This document shows, in pieces, positions 16,632 to 25,967 of a stretch of 64,000 bases of DNA (positions within the stretch are counted from its first letter, which is position 1; each line of letters opens with the position of its first letter). The DNA lies in assembly GCA_903892035.1 (NCBI GenBank), contig CAITGV010000001.1, forward strand, positions 155,624 to 219,623, read 5' to 3'. This stretch comes from an uncultured bacterium (lineage in GTDB: Bacteria; Patescibacteriota; Minisyncoccia; Phycocordibacterales; UBA9973). Position numbers and translations under genes: made by a program. The notes under the pieces were generated by a model that worked only from the letters and a program-made list of their open reading frames with translations, ran no database searches and was not told the DNA's origin.

Positions 16632-19384
16632 TAGATTTTCCTATATCTCTCCATCACCTCTCCTTCGACTTCGTCGCGAGGACGACCAAAACGTAGATAT
16701 GAAAGTTCTTTAATATTTGCTAGCATTTCTGGATTACCCTTTGGTGGGAACGGTGTGTGCGAATTGAATGGCTTTGCCGGCATTCCATTTACAAGCATTT
16801 TGATATAACAATTTAGATTTTCAAGTTTGATGATGTCGGTCGGTTTGAAAACTGGTTCAAATATTTTTGCAAAAACTTCTGCATTTTCTGGTGAAACACG
16901 GTGAACCACCATCGTACCTACGTTTCCAAAAACTGCATTTTTAATATTTTCTTCAAGTTGTTCTATGTATTGGTGAGCAACAGTTAATGACAAGCGATAT
17001 TTGCGGGCCTCAGAAAGAATAGTCGAAATAGAATCTGTTGTGACATTTTGGAATTCATCAATATATAAATAAAAGTCATTTACTTTATTTGCGCTTCCTA
17101 CAATGTCCACACGCGAAAGTGCTGCCATTGTAATCTTACCGACTAGTATTAGACCGATAAGGCTTGAGTTTATATCACCAAGTCTGCCTTTTGAAAGATT
17201 CACCAATAGTATTTTCTTTTGATCCATCACATCACGGAAATTGAAAACTGATTTTTGTTGAGCAATAATTGGACGCATTATATCGTTTGAAACGAAAACG
17301 TCAAATTTATTTGTAATATATGGCACAAAGTTTGCCAAACTCTGCTCCCCTGTCGTGCGTTCAGCATTTTCCCAAAATTGACTGATGATCGGATTTTTAC
17401 AATGTGACAATTTCATATCTCGAAATTCCTTGTCAGCAAGTACACGTCCAATTTCAAGAAGAGTCGAGCCAGATTCAGGATGCTCCATCACAAGCAAAGC
17501 GGAATTACGGAAATATTGTTCAAAGGCTGGACCTCCTGCAGTCTTCATATCGAAAAGCTTATTGAAAATTGCCAAAAGTTCATTCACAACAAAAGTTTTT
17601 TGTTCAGGATAGTTTGCGTCAAATTCTAGCATGTTTAGCCCCATTGGTCTTGCAGTATAAGCTGGGTCGAAATAGATAACATCATCAATGCGCTCTTTTG
17701 GAATATTTGCCAATATGTCTTGAATATCACTTCCGTGCGGATCAATAAAACAACAGCCATCACCATTTTTTATGTCTTGAATAATCATATTTTTCAAAAA
17801 TACTGTTTTACCTGTTCCCGTCTGACCGATGACGTACATATGTCGTACGCGATCTTCACGCGACATCACAATTTGTTTCTCTTCTCCGCGATACATATTT
17901 GTACCAAGTACAATTCCAGATGAAGCCATTTCTCTCGGAGCAGGAGCAATAGCAGCTTGAGCTTCTTTGAGTTGAGGAGCAGAAGAAATACCATAAGGGA
18001 AATGGAAAACAGTTGAAAGCTCTTTTAAATTCAAAGGTAAAGTTTCTCTTTCGTTATAAAGACGATAAGAATATTCATGTAAAAGATCTGGTAAACCACG
18101 CTCAGTCACATGACTAAAAACAAAACCATTTGAATTTGTATCATTAAATTGATGAAAAGCTGATTCGAGTTCTTGAAGAATTTGCTTTGCGCGATCTTTT
18201 GTTTCTGCAGATGCCACAATACGAATATTTACAGCCATTATGCTTGATTTTACTTTCTCTGTAATATTTTTTATCGAATCTTCATTTCTCTTTTTTTCTT
18301 TTTCCTTTTCTTTGCTTTCATCTTTGCTGTACCCTACTACAAGTTCCTTCACAGCTTTTCCAAAAGCTTTATCAAATTTACTAAAGAATTTTATTCTTTT
18401 TGCCGCAGACTCTCCTTGCTTTACTTCTTCAAGTACTTCATTAAAATCGTGAATAAACTTTGTACCTTGTGGCTGAATCACAAGTTGTATTGCAGCACCC
18501 TCACCTTCTCTTTTTAACTTTGAAAAAATATTCAAAATAACATTTAATGGGTCATGCTCAAAAGTTTCGTATAATTTTATAGGAAAAACTTCATATCGCT
18601 CATATCCGGCAAATGCTGCCGCTGATGCACCTCCTTCTGTGAAAATATTGTAATCATCTGTGACCTCACGAACTTTTGCATCTTTGTGTACTGAGAGAAT
18701 TTGTTTTTCAAAAAGATCGGCTTTTGATTCTGGAATTGCTGAATAGAAAATAACTTCATCACTAGAATTTGATAGAGCAATTTCCAAAGTATAATGAAAC
18801 TTGCCGTGATTGTCGCGCCCATCTCCGACAGATTGCATACCAGCAAAAAATTGCTCCATTGCGTTTAGAAGTTCTTTGAAACCGCGACTATCTTCCTCGT
18901 CTTTTGCAGGAAGAGTAATTTCAAAAAGCTTCATATGAAGTGACTTTGCTATTTCTGTTCCCTCTTTTAGTCCTGGAAGTGAGTGAGTCGAGGCTAAATA
19001 TTGAACCAAAAATCTATGAAAATCATTATCCAGGTGAGCACTATTCATTTTCTCCACTATTGATAGAGCATTTTTTAGTCCATGCTCGACGATAATACCC
19101 AAAAGCTCTTCAATTTTTTTATCATGCGCTTCGGGTTTCAATGCTAAAATAATGGCTTCAGATTTTTCTTCTGAAAGAATTTTTTCTTGTGGTAATACTT
19201 GCCCGATAGGTATTGCTTTATATTCACGTATTGTCTGATCTGCAATTTTTTCTCTACCCTCCTGCGTACTTTCTCCACCGAGCTCTGCTTCTCTTTTCTG
19301 TAAATGCGCACGCAAATAATTTATCTCTTCTTGTGGAGAATTAAATTTGGGAATTTCTGAACTGCGCAAACCCATTTGTTCCAT
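16631..19384 (-). CDS. VirB4/TraG-superfamily (DUF87/AAA_10-type) P-loop ATPase
   Basis: Walker A GQTGTGKT at about aa 530, followed by IDPHG. The C-terminal ARKYRLSLTVAHQYIEQL motif is typical of T4SS ATPase C-termini. The ~500-aa N-terminal domain has no TM helices. Likely start is the ATG 6 nt inside the GTG-initiated ORF. Confidence 0.55.
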   Translation of the reverse strand: MEQMGLRSSEIPKFNSPQEEINYLRAHLQKREAELGGESTQEGREKIADQTIREYKAIPIGQVLPQEKILSEEKSEAIILALKPEAHDKKIEELLGIIVEHGLKNALSIVEKMNSAHLDNDFHRFLVQYLASTHSLPGLKEGTEIAKSLHMKLFEITLPAKDEEDSRGFKELLNAMEQFFAGMQSVGDGRDNHGKFHYTLEIALSNSSDEVIFYSAIPESKADLFEKQILSVHKDAKVREVTDDYNIFTEGGASAAAFAGYERYEVFPIKLYETFEHDPLNVILNIFSKLKREGEGAAIQLVIQPQGTKFIHDFNEVLEEVKQGESAAKRIKFFSKFDKAFGKAVKELVVGYSKDESKEKEKEKKRNEDSIKNITEKVKSSIMAVNIRIVASAETKDRAKQILQELESAFHQFNDTNSNGFVFSHVTERGLPDLLHEYSYRLYNERETLPLNLKELSTVFHFPYGISSAPQLKEAQAAIAPAPREMASSGIVLGTNMYRGEEKQIVMSREDRVRHMYVIGQTGTGKTVFLKNMIIQDIKNGDGCCFIDPHGSDIQDILANIPKERIDDVIYFDPAYTARPMGLNMLEFDANYPEQKTFVVNELLAIFNKLFDMKTAGGPAFEQYFRNSALLVMEHPESGSTLLEIGRVLADKEFRDMKLSHCKNPIISQFWENAERTTGEQSLANFVPYITNKFDVFVSNDIMRPIIAQQKSVFNFRDVMDQKKILLVNLSKGRLGDINSSLIGLILVGKITMAALSRVDIVGSANKVNDFYLYIDEFQNVTTDSISTILSEARKYRLSLTVAHQYIEQLEENIKNAVFGNVGTMVVHRVSPENAEVFAKIFEPVFKPTDIIKLENLNCYIKMLVNGMPAKPFNSHTPFPPKGNPEMLANIKELSYLRFGRPRDEVEGEVMERYRKI

Positions 19385-19427
19385 ATGCACAATTATAACC
19401 TATATTTGATTTTGAAAATAGTTTAAT

Positions 19428-20198
19428 TTATGGCAAGGTCAAAATTTCAGGCTCTCCATCGGTAATAAGTACTGTATGTTCGAAATGCACACTTTTTTTA
19501 CCGTCTGCTGTACGAAAAGTGTAGCCATCGCTCCCTACTACGACATCGTGAGTACCCAAATTAAACATTGGTTCAATTGCAATTATCATTCCAGGGATTA
19601 ATTTTTCTTTTGTACCTTTTTTACCAAAATTTGGAACAAAAGGATCTTCGTGAATTTGTTTACCTACGCCGTGACCCGAAAGTACACGCACAATTCCATA
19701 TTTATATTTATCTCCCACAGCTTGTATTGCGAAACCTATGTCTCCGACACGCCCCCCACCGCGAGCTTCAAAAATTCCTGCCATCATTCCATCATGAGTA
19801 TTTTTTATTAAATCTTCATCTTTTTTTGAAATTTTTCCTACCGGTACGGTGATAGCGTGGTCGGTAAAAAGTCCTTTGTGTTTTAAACCAAGGTCGAGTG
19901 AAACAATATCACCTTCTTTTAAAATTTTATCTTTCTTTGGTATACCGTGCACCACTTCATTGTTTACAGATACACAAAGTGATGCAGGATAAGGAGCAGA
20001 CTGCCCGCTTGGCTTGTAACCCTTAAATGCTGGCTCATCTCCACCTTCACGAATCAATTTTTCCGCATATTCATCGAGCTCCCACGTCGAAACTCCTGGT
20101 GCAACGTGCTTTGCAACCTTTTGAAGCACAGTAGCCAATCTCTTCCCCCCTTCCCGTATTATCTCAATTTCCTCTTTTGTTTTAATAATTATTCCCAT
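19428..20198 (-). CDS. map: type I methionine aminopeptidase
   Basis: Full-length MetAP pattern with conserved D, D, H, E, E metal ligands. Confidence 0.9.
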   Translation of the reverse strand: MGIIIKTKEEIEIIREGGKRLATVLQKVAKHVAPGVSTWELDEYAEKLIREGGDEPAFKGYKPSGQSAPYPASLCVSVNNEVVHGIPKKDKILKEGDIVSLDLGLKHKGLFTDHAITVPVGKISKKDEDLIKNTHDGMMAGIFEARGGGRVGDIGFAIQAVGDKYKYGIVRVLSGHGVGKQIHEDPFVPNFGKKGTKEKLIPGMIIAIEPMFNLGTHDVVVGSDGYTFRTADGKKSVHFEHTVLITDGEPEILTLP

Positions 20199-20233
20199 AT
20201 TGCTACATTAACACAGTAGAGAAAAAATATAAA

Positions 20234-21583
20234 CTACGCCACTTCTTGCTGGTAGCAAGATTCACAGTAAACTATGTCGGAATTTTTTGGATCAAAGCCT
20301 GTCATAAAAGTATTTTCACAAGGTGAATTACCGTGGTCATGTATTATTCCATTTGTATAATTACCCACTGAGGAGTTTACACCAGCGCATTCACATTTTC
20401 TTTCAAATAAATGAATGCCGTGTCGCAAAGAAAGTCTCTCCATCGTGCGACAAGCAAAACAAAGTGTCGGAAGTGGCACACCAATTTTTTTATAGAATGA
20501 AAGTTCATTTGGAATAATTCTAAATGCTTTTGTACAATTGTGATTACAATTCGTCTTATGTGCACATTCTATTATTTCTTTTGTAATGCTTTCATCTGTA
20601 TTTAAAATATCACTAGGAATATTTTCAGAAAGAATTGTCGGTACATAGGTCTTTGTATCAACATCTTTCCATCTGTAACCCTGCTCTACTGCTTCCTCTT
20701 TTGTAAGTGGAAAATATTCTTGCGCTATTGTTTCATTGTAAGCCCAAGGACTCATTTCTGTAGGATAAAATTCACCATATTTATAAATATGACCCTTATT
20801 GTCGACATATGGCATATCTATCATGTGTTGTTTTATTTTTGGTATTAATTCTTCAAATTCTTCTTTTGTGTACTGTTTATTCAAAATACAAAATTCTTTT
20901 TTGCGGAGACCAACACAACCAAAAAGGTCGCTTACACCTCGGCACGCAATTGCATATTCTGTGTCATGAGAACTTTCTTGTGTGAGAAAAGCAAACTTTA
21001 TATTCTGCACTCCCGATCCACAAGAAATTGCTTCATAAACCATCTCAGCACCATCTCCCCAATTTGAATAATCATAACAATCTTTTGATCCAGGAGTTTC
21101 TTGAATGTACTGACAATATTTCAAATTTTCACTCTCTCTTATCAAAAATGAATCGTGAACATTTTTTGAATTTGTCACATACGAACCTGTGCAATCAATA
21201 TTTTTTACACCTTGATGATTTTTATTTGGAAATTTTTTCCAAAATTCTCTAGTGTCTTTCAGCGCCTTTTCTATCCCTTCTCGAGTATATAATTTATATT
21301 CCGCCACCTTTTTATCATATTCCTCTTTTGAATATTGCTCATTGAAAAAACAATGATTCTTTTTCTTTAAGTTCACGCAACCAAAACAATCCATGCACCC
21401 TTGGCAATCTCGAGAAAACCAAAGGTCAGACGAATCAACACATTGTGAAGAAAAATGTACTCGATAGCAAGAAGACAACCAGAAACTTTGATAGCAGGTC
21501 TCGGCTTTTGAAACGTGAGAAACGTCGACACAGTCACGAGAAAAATTTACAGCGACACAATGGATCGTAGGAGAATACATCAT
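20234..21583 (-). CDS. cysteine-rich hypothetical protein with internal duplication
   Basis: Two ~150-aa repeats, each ending ...FGCV(N/G)L(K/R)KK..C..N(E/K)QY(S/T)KEE(Y/F)(D/E), plus a Cys-rich C-terminus; about 45 Cys in total. Confidence 0.5.
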   Translation of the reverse strand: MMYSPTIHCVAVNFSRDCVDVSHVSKAETCYQSFWLSSCYRVHFSSQCVDSSDLWFSRDCQGCMDCFGCVNLKKKNHCFFNEQYSKEEYDKKVAEYKLYTREGIEKALKDTREFWKKFPNKNHQGVKNIDCTGSYVTNSKNVHDSFLIRESENLKYCQYIQETPGSKDCYDYSNWGDGAEMVYEAISCGSGVQNIKFAFLTQESSHDTEYAIACRGVSDLFGCVGLRKKEFCILNKQYTKEEFEELIPKIKQHMIDMPYVDNKGHIYKYGEFYPTEMSPWAYNETIAQEYFPLTKEEAVEQGYRWKDVDTKTYVPTILSENIPSDILNTDESITKEIIECAHKTNCNHNCTKAFRIIPNELSFYKKIGVPLPTLCFACRTMERLSLRHGIHLFERKCECAGVNSSVGNYTNGIIHDHGNSPCENTFMTGFDPKNSDIVYCESCYQQEVA

Positions 21584-21695
21584 TACTATCGTACAAGACG
21601 GCGCGCATCACACCCTCATCCAAACTCGCGATCAAATCCTCGCGGAAAATCTCCGCAATGTATTCAGCTATGCGTGGAATACAGTTGCGTAATTT

Positions 21696-22520
21696 TTATT
21701 TTAATTTCTTATTACTCTTTTGTTTCAAAAAATTATTCTTTGTGACCACTGAACGCCCGAGTTGTTTTTCCAGATTCTTGCGCGCTACGCCTGCCACATT
21801 TCCACCACGCTTTGCATCCTTTTTCAATTTTCCAACTCCTTTTGAATTTTCATTCCTATGAATTTCCGTCGTCGAACGCTCGCCGAGCATGCTGAATATC
21901 AGCTCAAAATCATCCATATGATCCCGCAAATTCTGCCTTTGCAAGCCTTTCAGATTTTTGTATTCGCTTGGAGTTACACCAAAAGTCGCTTTGGAAATTT
22001 CAGCTGTCAGGATTTCATAATCCTTATCCTCTTTTGCTCCGCGGTTTTTCCATTCATCCGTGAGCTCTTCGCGAATCACGATTCCACGCATTCTTTTTTC
22101 TATCCAGTCATCACTGTAGCCTTTCAGTTTATATAGCACTCTGGTGCGCTTGGTTGCAAGCTCAGGATTCTCGATCTCCTGCACTCTTTCAAAGCCCACC
22201 TTCGCAAGCCAGCGTTTTACAGGTTCTGCTTTCGGAGAAGGTATTGATTGAATTATACGAAAAAGTCCTTCAACGTTAGCACAATCAGTCTCATATTTTT
22301 TTCCATCAGAAGCTTCTAATTTCAGTTGTACCCAATTTGGGTACAACTGATTTTCAGTAAATTCTCTATCCTTAATTTTACGCCAATACTGACTAGGGTT
22401 AGGGCTGTCCGTTAATACCTCAATCACATCAACCACAGAAAAATACCACTCATTTTTATAAAATATTCTCCTCACTTTTTTCCCTTTGAACAGGGTAATA
22501 TTTTTTATGACTTCATCCAT
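21696..22520 (-). CDS. Bro-N domain protein, DinD-like (DNA-damage-inducible protein D family)
   Basis: N-terminal Bro-N pattern (VRRIFYKNEWYFSVVDVIEVL). Likely start is MDEVIKN; the ORF tool used an upstream TTG. Confidence 0.6.
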   Translation of the reverse strand: MDEVIKNITLFKGKKVRRIFYKNEWYFSVVDVIEVLTDSPNPSQYWRKIKDREFTENQLYPNWVQLKLEASDGKKYETDCANVEGLFRIIQSIPSPKAEPVKRWLAKVGFERVQEIENPELATKRTRVLYKLKGYSDDWIEKRMRGIVIREELTDEWKNRGAKEDKDYEILTAEISKATFGVTPSEYKNLKGLQRQNLRDHMDDFELIFSMLGERSTTEIHRNENSKGVGKLKKDAKRGGNVAGVARKNLEKQLGRSVVTKNNFLKQKSNKKLK

Positions 22521-22529
22521 TTGTCTATT

Positions 22530-22560
22530 ATATAGTGAACATACGTTCACAGTCAATGTG
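22530..22560 (-). promoter_or_regulatory. sigma70-like promoter with a LexA/Cheo-type box (GAAC-N4-GTTC) in the spacer
   Basis: Minus strand reads TTGACT-GTGAACGTATGTTCAC-TATATAAT directly upstream of the DinD-like ATG. Confidence 0.5.
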
Positions 22561-22650
22561 TATAACTTAGAGATTTACATTAATTAAATATCTTATTCAA
22601 TAATTTACTACCCTACAATCAGCTCACGAATAAACAATTAATTCATATAT

Positions 22651-22866
22651 TTATTTTTTCTTCTCCTTTATATAATCAAAAACTACAACCAATATATACA
22701 CGGCTTGCAAGATAATAAAAATCAAATCTTTAAGATAAATACTATATATCAAAAGTCCAATTCCTCCAAAAAAGGAAAAAACATCACGTACGCTACGCTT
22801 TTTCACAACCATAGCCACACAAATAAATACGAGTCCCAATATTCCAATGTATTTATATATATTCAC
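22651..22866 (-). CDS. small membrane protein (71 aa, 2-3 TM; LAB_N-like)
   Basis: Hydrophobic helices and an FFGGIGLLIYSIY motif. Confidence 0.4.
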   Translation of the reverse strand: MNIYKYIGILGLVFICVAMVVKKRSVRDVFSFFGGIGLLIYSIYLKDLIFIILQAVYILVVVFDYIKEKKK

Positions 22867-22874
22867 TTTTAATA

Positions 22875-23561
22875 TTATTTTATTACCGTCCCTACAAATT
22901 CTTTTCCGTCGAAATAGTTTGCGAGATTTTCTAGGTTTTTGCCATTCATTACAGCGACTTCTAGGCCAAGATTTTGCGCCATTTCGGCTGCGACTGGATC
23001 AAAAGGAGCATTTATACCGGGGTTCCACTCTTTTGGTAGAAGCGCGCGGAAATCTGCCCAGTTGCTTTGCTTTATGGGCGTTGCGGTGGGGTCTTTTCGA
23101 GGGTCGGCAGTATATACATAGTCAATATTTGAAAGGTTAATTAATTTCTTTGCACCCAAAGCTTTTGCAAGGGCCACAGCCGAACCGTCACTCGAATGTC
23201 CCGGCTTCCACCCTCCACCAACTAAAATAGGCTTATCGGTGATTTTTGGGGCTTGTGGGTCGAGAAATATCGCAGGTTCTGCCATGTCGCCAAAAGAAAA
23301 ACGCAAAAGCTCGGCATTTAGGCGAGTAGCCGAAATGCCGAGCCAATCTAGGTCAGTCGAAGAAGGAGAGGTAATTTTTTCTAAAGCTTCATTGTAGTAT
23401 CGGCAAATTTTTCCGCCTCCTGTGATGATTGCAAATTTTTGTCCTTTTAGAACATAGCTTTCAATTAATTTTTTGAAACCTGAAATAAATTCCACATCAA
23501 TGCTTTCTGGAAAAATAAGCGACCCCCCGAGCGATATTACGATATATGAATTATTTTCCAT
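22875..23561 (-). CDS. pyrH: UMP kinase (amino-acid-kinase family)
   Basis: ISLGGS...ITGGGKICRYY...VYTADPRKDP motifs. Confidence 0.7.
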   Translation of the reverse strand: MENNSYIVISLGGSLIFPESIDVEFISGFKKLIESYVLKGQKFAIITGGGKICRYYNEALEKITSPSSTDLDWLGISATRLNAELLRFSFGDMAEPAIFLDPQAPKITDKPILVGGGWKPGHSSDGSAVALAKALGAKKLINLSNIDYVYTADPRKDPTATPIKQSNWADFRALLPKEWNPGINAPFDPVAAEMAQNLGLEVAVMNGKNLENLANYFDGKEFVGTVIK

Positions 23562-23562
23562 T

Positions 23563-24159
23563 TTATAAATTTAATGTTTTCTTAATATCTTCGTGTACTT
23601 GCTCAACTGTTTGTTCACCATTAATCTTATACAAAGTGTAACCAGGTTTTTCATTGAAATAATTCATAGCTGGAATAACGTTATTTGTATACTCATCAAA
23701 ACGACGACTGATACCTGCATCAGTATCGTCAGAACGTCCACGCAATTTCATTCTACGAACAGCTTCTTCTTTAGTAATATCAATATAAACAATTTTTACT
23801 TCTCCGCGTGAATAAAAATTTATTGCAGACTCAAAGGCTTTTGCTTGATCAAGTGTTCTTGGGTAACCATCTGCAATTAAGTGTTTTTCTGGTGTAAGAG
23901 AATTCAATAGTATATTTGTAAAAATTGCGATAGTAAGAAAATCAGGTTGAAGATGACCAAGCTCAAATGTCTTTTTAACAAGTCCTCCAGTATAACTATT
24001 TACGTCTTGTGTAAGTTTTAAATATTCACCACCTGGGTATGCGTAAACGTTTTCAACACTAGGGTACTTTTGCTTCAAAAGCTCTTGCAATAGCTTTATT
24101 TGTGTTCCCTTTCCAGACCCAACGATTCCAAAAAATACAAATGTATAAGGTTTTTCCAT
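23563..24159 (-). CDS. adk: adenylate kinase
   Basis: P-loop GIVGSGKGTQ and LID/NMP-binding pattern; position after secY. Confidence 0.8.
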   Translation of the reverse strand: MEKPYTFVFFGIVGSGKGTQIKLLQELLKQKYPSVENVYAYPGGEYLKLTQDVNSYTGGLVKKTFELGHLQPDFLTIAIFTNILLNSLTPEKHLIADGYPRTLDQAKAFESAINFYSRGEVKIVYIDITKEEAVRRMKLRGRSDDTDAGISRRFDEYTNNVIPAMNYFNEKPGYTLYKINGEQTVEQVHEDIKKTLNL

Positions 24160-24249
24160 ATGCTGATTATATACAAAAAATCCCTAAAATCAAATTGATT
24201 TTAGGGATTTTTTGTATAAGATGTAAGTTATAAGATTTGAGATTTGGTA

Positions 24250-25521
24250 CTAGTATTCTCTCATGGAAAGTTGAGCATCGACTTTCTTTATGAGGTCAAG
24301 GACAACAGAGACAACGATGAGAAGCGCTGTACCACCGATAGCTATTGCGGTGATGCCAGTAAGAGCACGCACGACCAACGGAAGCACCGCAACCAAACCA
24401 AGAAAGGCAGCACCGACAAATGTAATACGACTTACAACTTTTGCAATGTATGCTTCTGTTGAATCACCTGGTCTGATACCTGGAATAAATGCACCATTTT
24501 TTTGTAAGTTTACAGAAAGAGCATGTGGATCGAAAGTCACAGCTGTATAGAAGTAAGTAAACAAAAATACAAGTATGAAGTATACAAGAGAATACAACCA
24601 TGTAGTATTTAAGAAACCTGTAAGCAAATGTGAAATTGAAAGCAAAATGTGTTTTGATGAAGTCGCAAGGAAGTTTGCAATCATTTGAGGGAATAAAAGA
24701 ATTGAAAGTGCAAAGATGATTGGAATAACTCCAGCTTGGTTTATGCGAAGAGGAATGTAAGTAGAAACTCCACCGTACATTTTTGCTCCACGTACACGCT
24801 TTGCATATGTGACAGGTATTGGTCTTTCTGCTTCTGTAACAACTACAACTCCAGCAATAACAATAATAGCTGCCACGATAAATGCGATATAGAGTGGAAT
24901 TTGTGAAGCATCAAAAGTAAACATCAATTGACTAACTTCTTTTGGAATAGCTGACACGATACCTGCAAAAATAATTAGTGATACTCCATTTCCAATACCG
25001 TATTCACTCATAAGTTCTCCAAGCCACATCAGTAGCATTGAACCAGCAATAACTACGATGAGGTTTGTAACCATTGAAAAAGTAGTCAAAGTTCCAAGTA
25101 CTCCAGACTTATTCAAAAGAACCATAAGTCCAAAACCTTGAATTGCTGCGAGAGGAACTGTGATCAAACGTGAGTATTGTGTAAATTTCTTTCTTCCAAT
25201 TTCCCCTTCTTCACTATACATTTCCTTCAACTTTGGAATCATGATCGTAAGCAATTGCATGATAATAGATGAAGTGATGTATGGACCTACTCCAAGCATT
25301 ATGATTGAAAGTTTTGAAAGACCTCCACCAGAGAAAACGTTTAAGATTCCAAAGAATTGGTTATTTGAGAGAAATGCTGCGAGCTTTGTAGAATCGATTC
25401 CAGGAATTGGAATTGCAGCAAGTACACGGAAAACAAACAAAGCAAAAATCACAAATAGTATGCGCTTTCGCAAATCCCTATCTCCGAAAATTACTTTAAT
25501 TTTGTGTATGAAATTGTCCAT
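24250..25521 (-). CDS. secY: preprotein translocase subunit SecY
   Basis: 10-TM SecY pattern and operon position. Confidence 0.95.
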   Translation of the reverse strand: MDNFIHKIKVIFGDRDLRKRILFVIFALFVFRVLAAIPIPGIDSTKLAAFLSNNQFFGILNVFSGGGLSKLSIIMLGVGPYITSSIIMQLLTIMIPKLKEMYSEEGEIGRKKFTQYSRLITVPLAAIQGFGLMVLLNKSGVLGTLTTFSMVTNLIVVIAGSMLLMWLGELMSEYGIGNGVSLIIFAGIVSAIPKEVSQLMFTFDASQIPLYIAFIVAAIIVIAGVVVVTEAERPIPVTYAKRVRGAKMYGGVSTYIPLRINQAGVIPIIFALSILLFPQMIANFLATSSKHILLSISHLLTGFLNTTWLYSLVYFILVFLFTYFYTAVTFDPHALSVNLQKNGAFIPGIRPGDSTEAYIAKVVSRITFVGAAFLGLVAVLPLVVRALTGITAIAIGGTALLIVVSVVLDLIKKVDAQLSMREY

Positions 25522-25525
25522 TTTA

Positions 25526-25957
25526 TTACTTTACTGTTCCTCCGGCTTTCTCTATCTTCTCTTTTGCAACTGCTGAAACTGTACAACCTACGAAATTCAA
25601 TTTCTTTGAAATAGTACCGACTGAAAGAATTTTTACTTTTTGAGTCTTTCCAGAAACTTGTTTTATGATTTTCTTGTCAGCTAAGATAGTTGGTGAAATA
25701 GTATCTCCATCTTTAAAAATCTTATCAAAAGCAGAAAGGTTTAATACAGCTGGCTTGTCTTTAATTGAAGCAAATTTGTATCCGCGCTTTTTTGGAATTT
25801 TCTTGATGATGTCTCGCATTTCAGGACGCTTTCTGTGACCTGCACGAGCATTTTGACCCTTTGTACCACGACCAGAAGTTTTACCATGACGTCCACCACG
25901 ACCGATGTAACGCTTTTTCTTATTCTTTGTCTTTCTTTTTATATCGTGAATTTGCAT
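25526..25957 (-). CDS. rplO: 50S ribosomal protein L15
   Basis: Sequence pattern and operon position. Confidence 0.9.
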   Translation of the reverse strand: MQIHDIKRKTKNKKKRYIGRGGRHGKTSGRGTKGQNARAGHRKRPEMRDIIKKIPKKRGYKFASIKDKPAVLNLSAFDKIFKDGDTISPTILADKKIIKQVSGKTQKVKILSVGTISKKLNFVGCTVSAVAKEKIEKAGGTVK

Positions 25958-25967
25958 ATATTTAAAA

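Noticed and set aside
16631-19390. Calling the 917-aa ATPase a conjugative coupling protein VirD4/TraD specifically
   Set aside because: There are no N-terminal TM helices and the Walker A lies at mid-protein. The architecture fits VirB4/DUF87-type better, so it is kept at superfamily level only.
21515-21745. Plus-strand ORF 21515..21745 (76 aa, Arg-rich)
   Set aside because: It overlaps the start of the Cys-rich gene and a GC-rich segment; its composition-driven frame has no motif.
22847-23140. Plus-strand ORFs 22847..23140 and 22939..23121
   Set aside because: They are antisense to pyrH and have no support.
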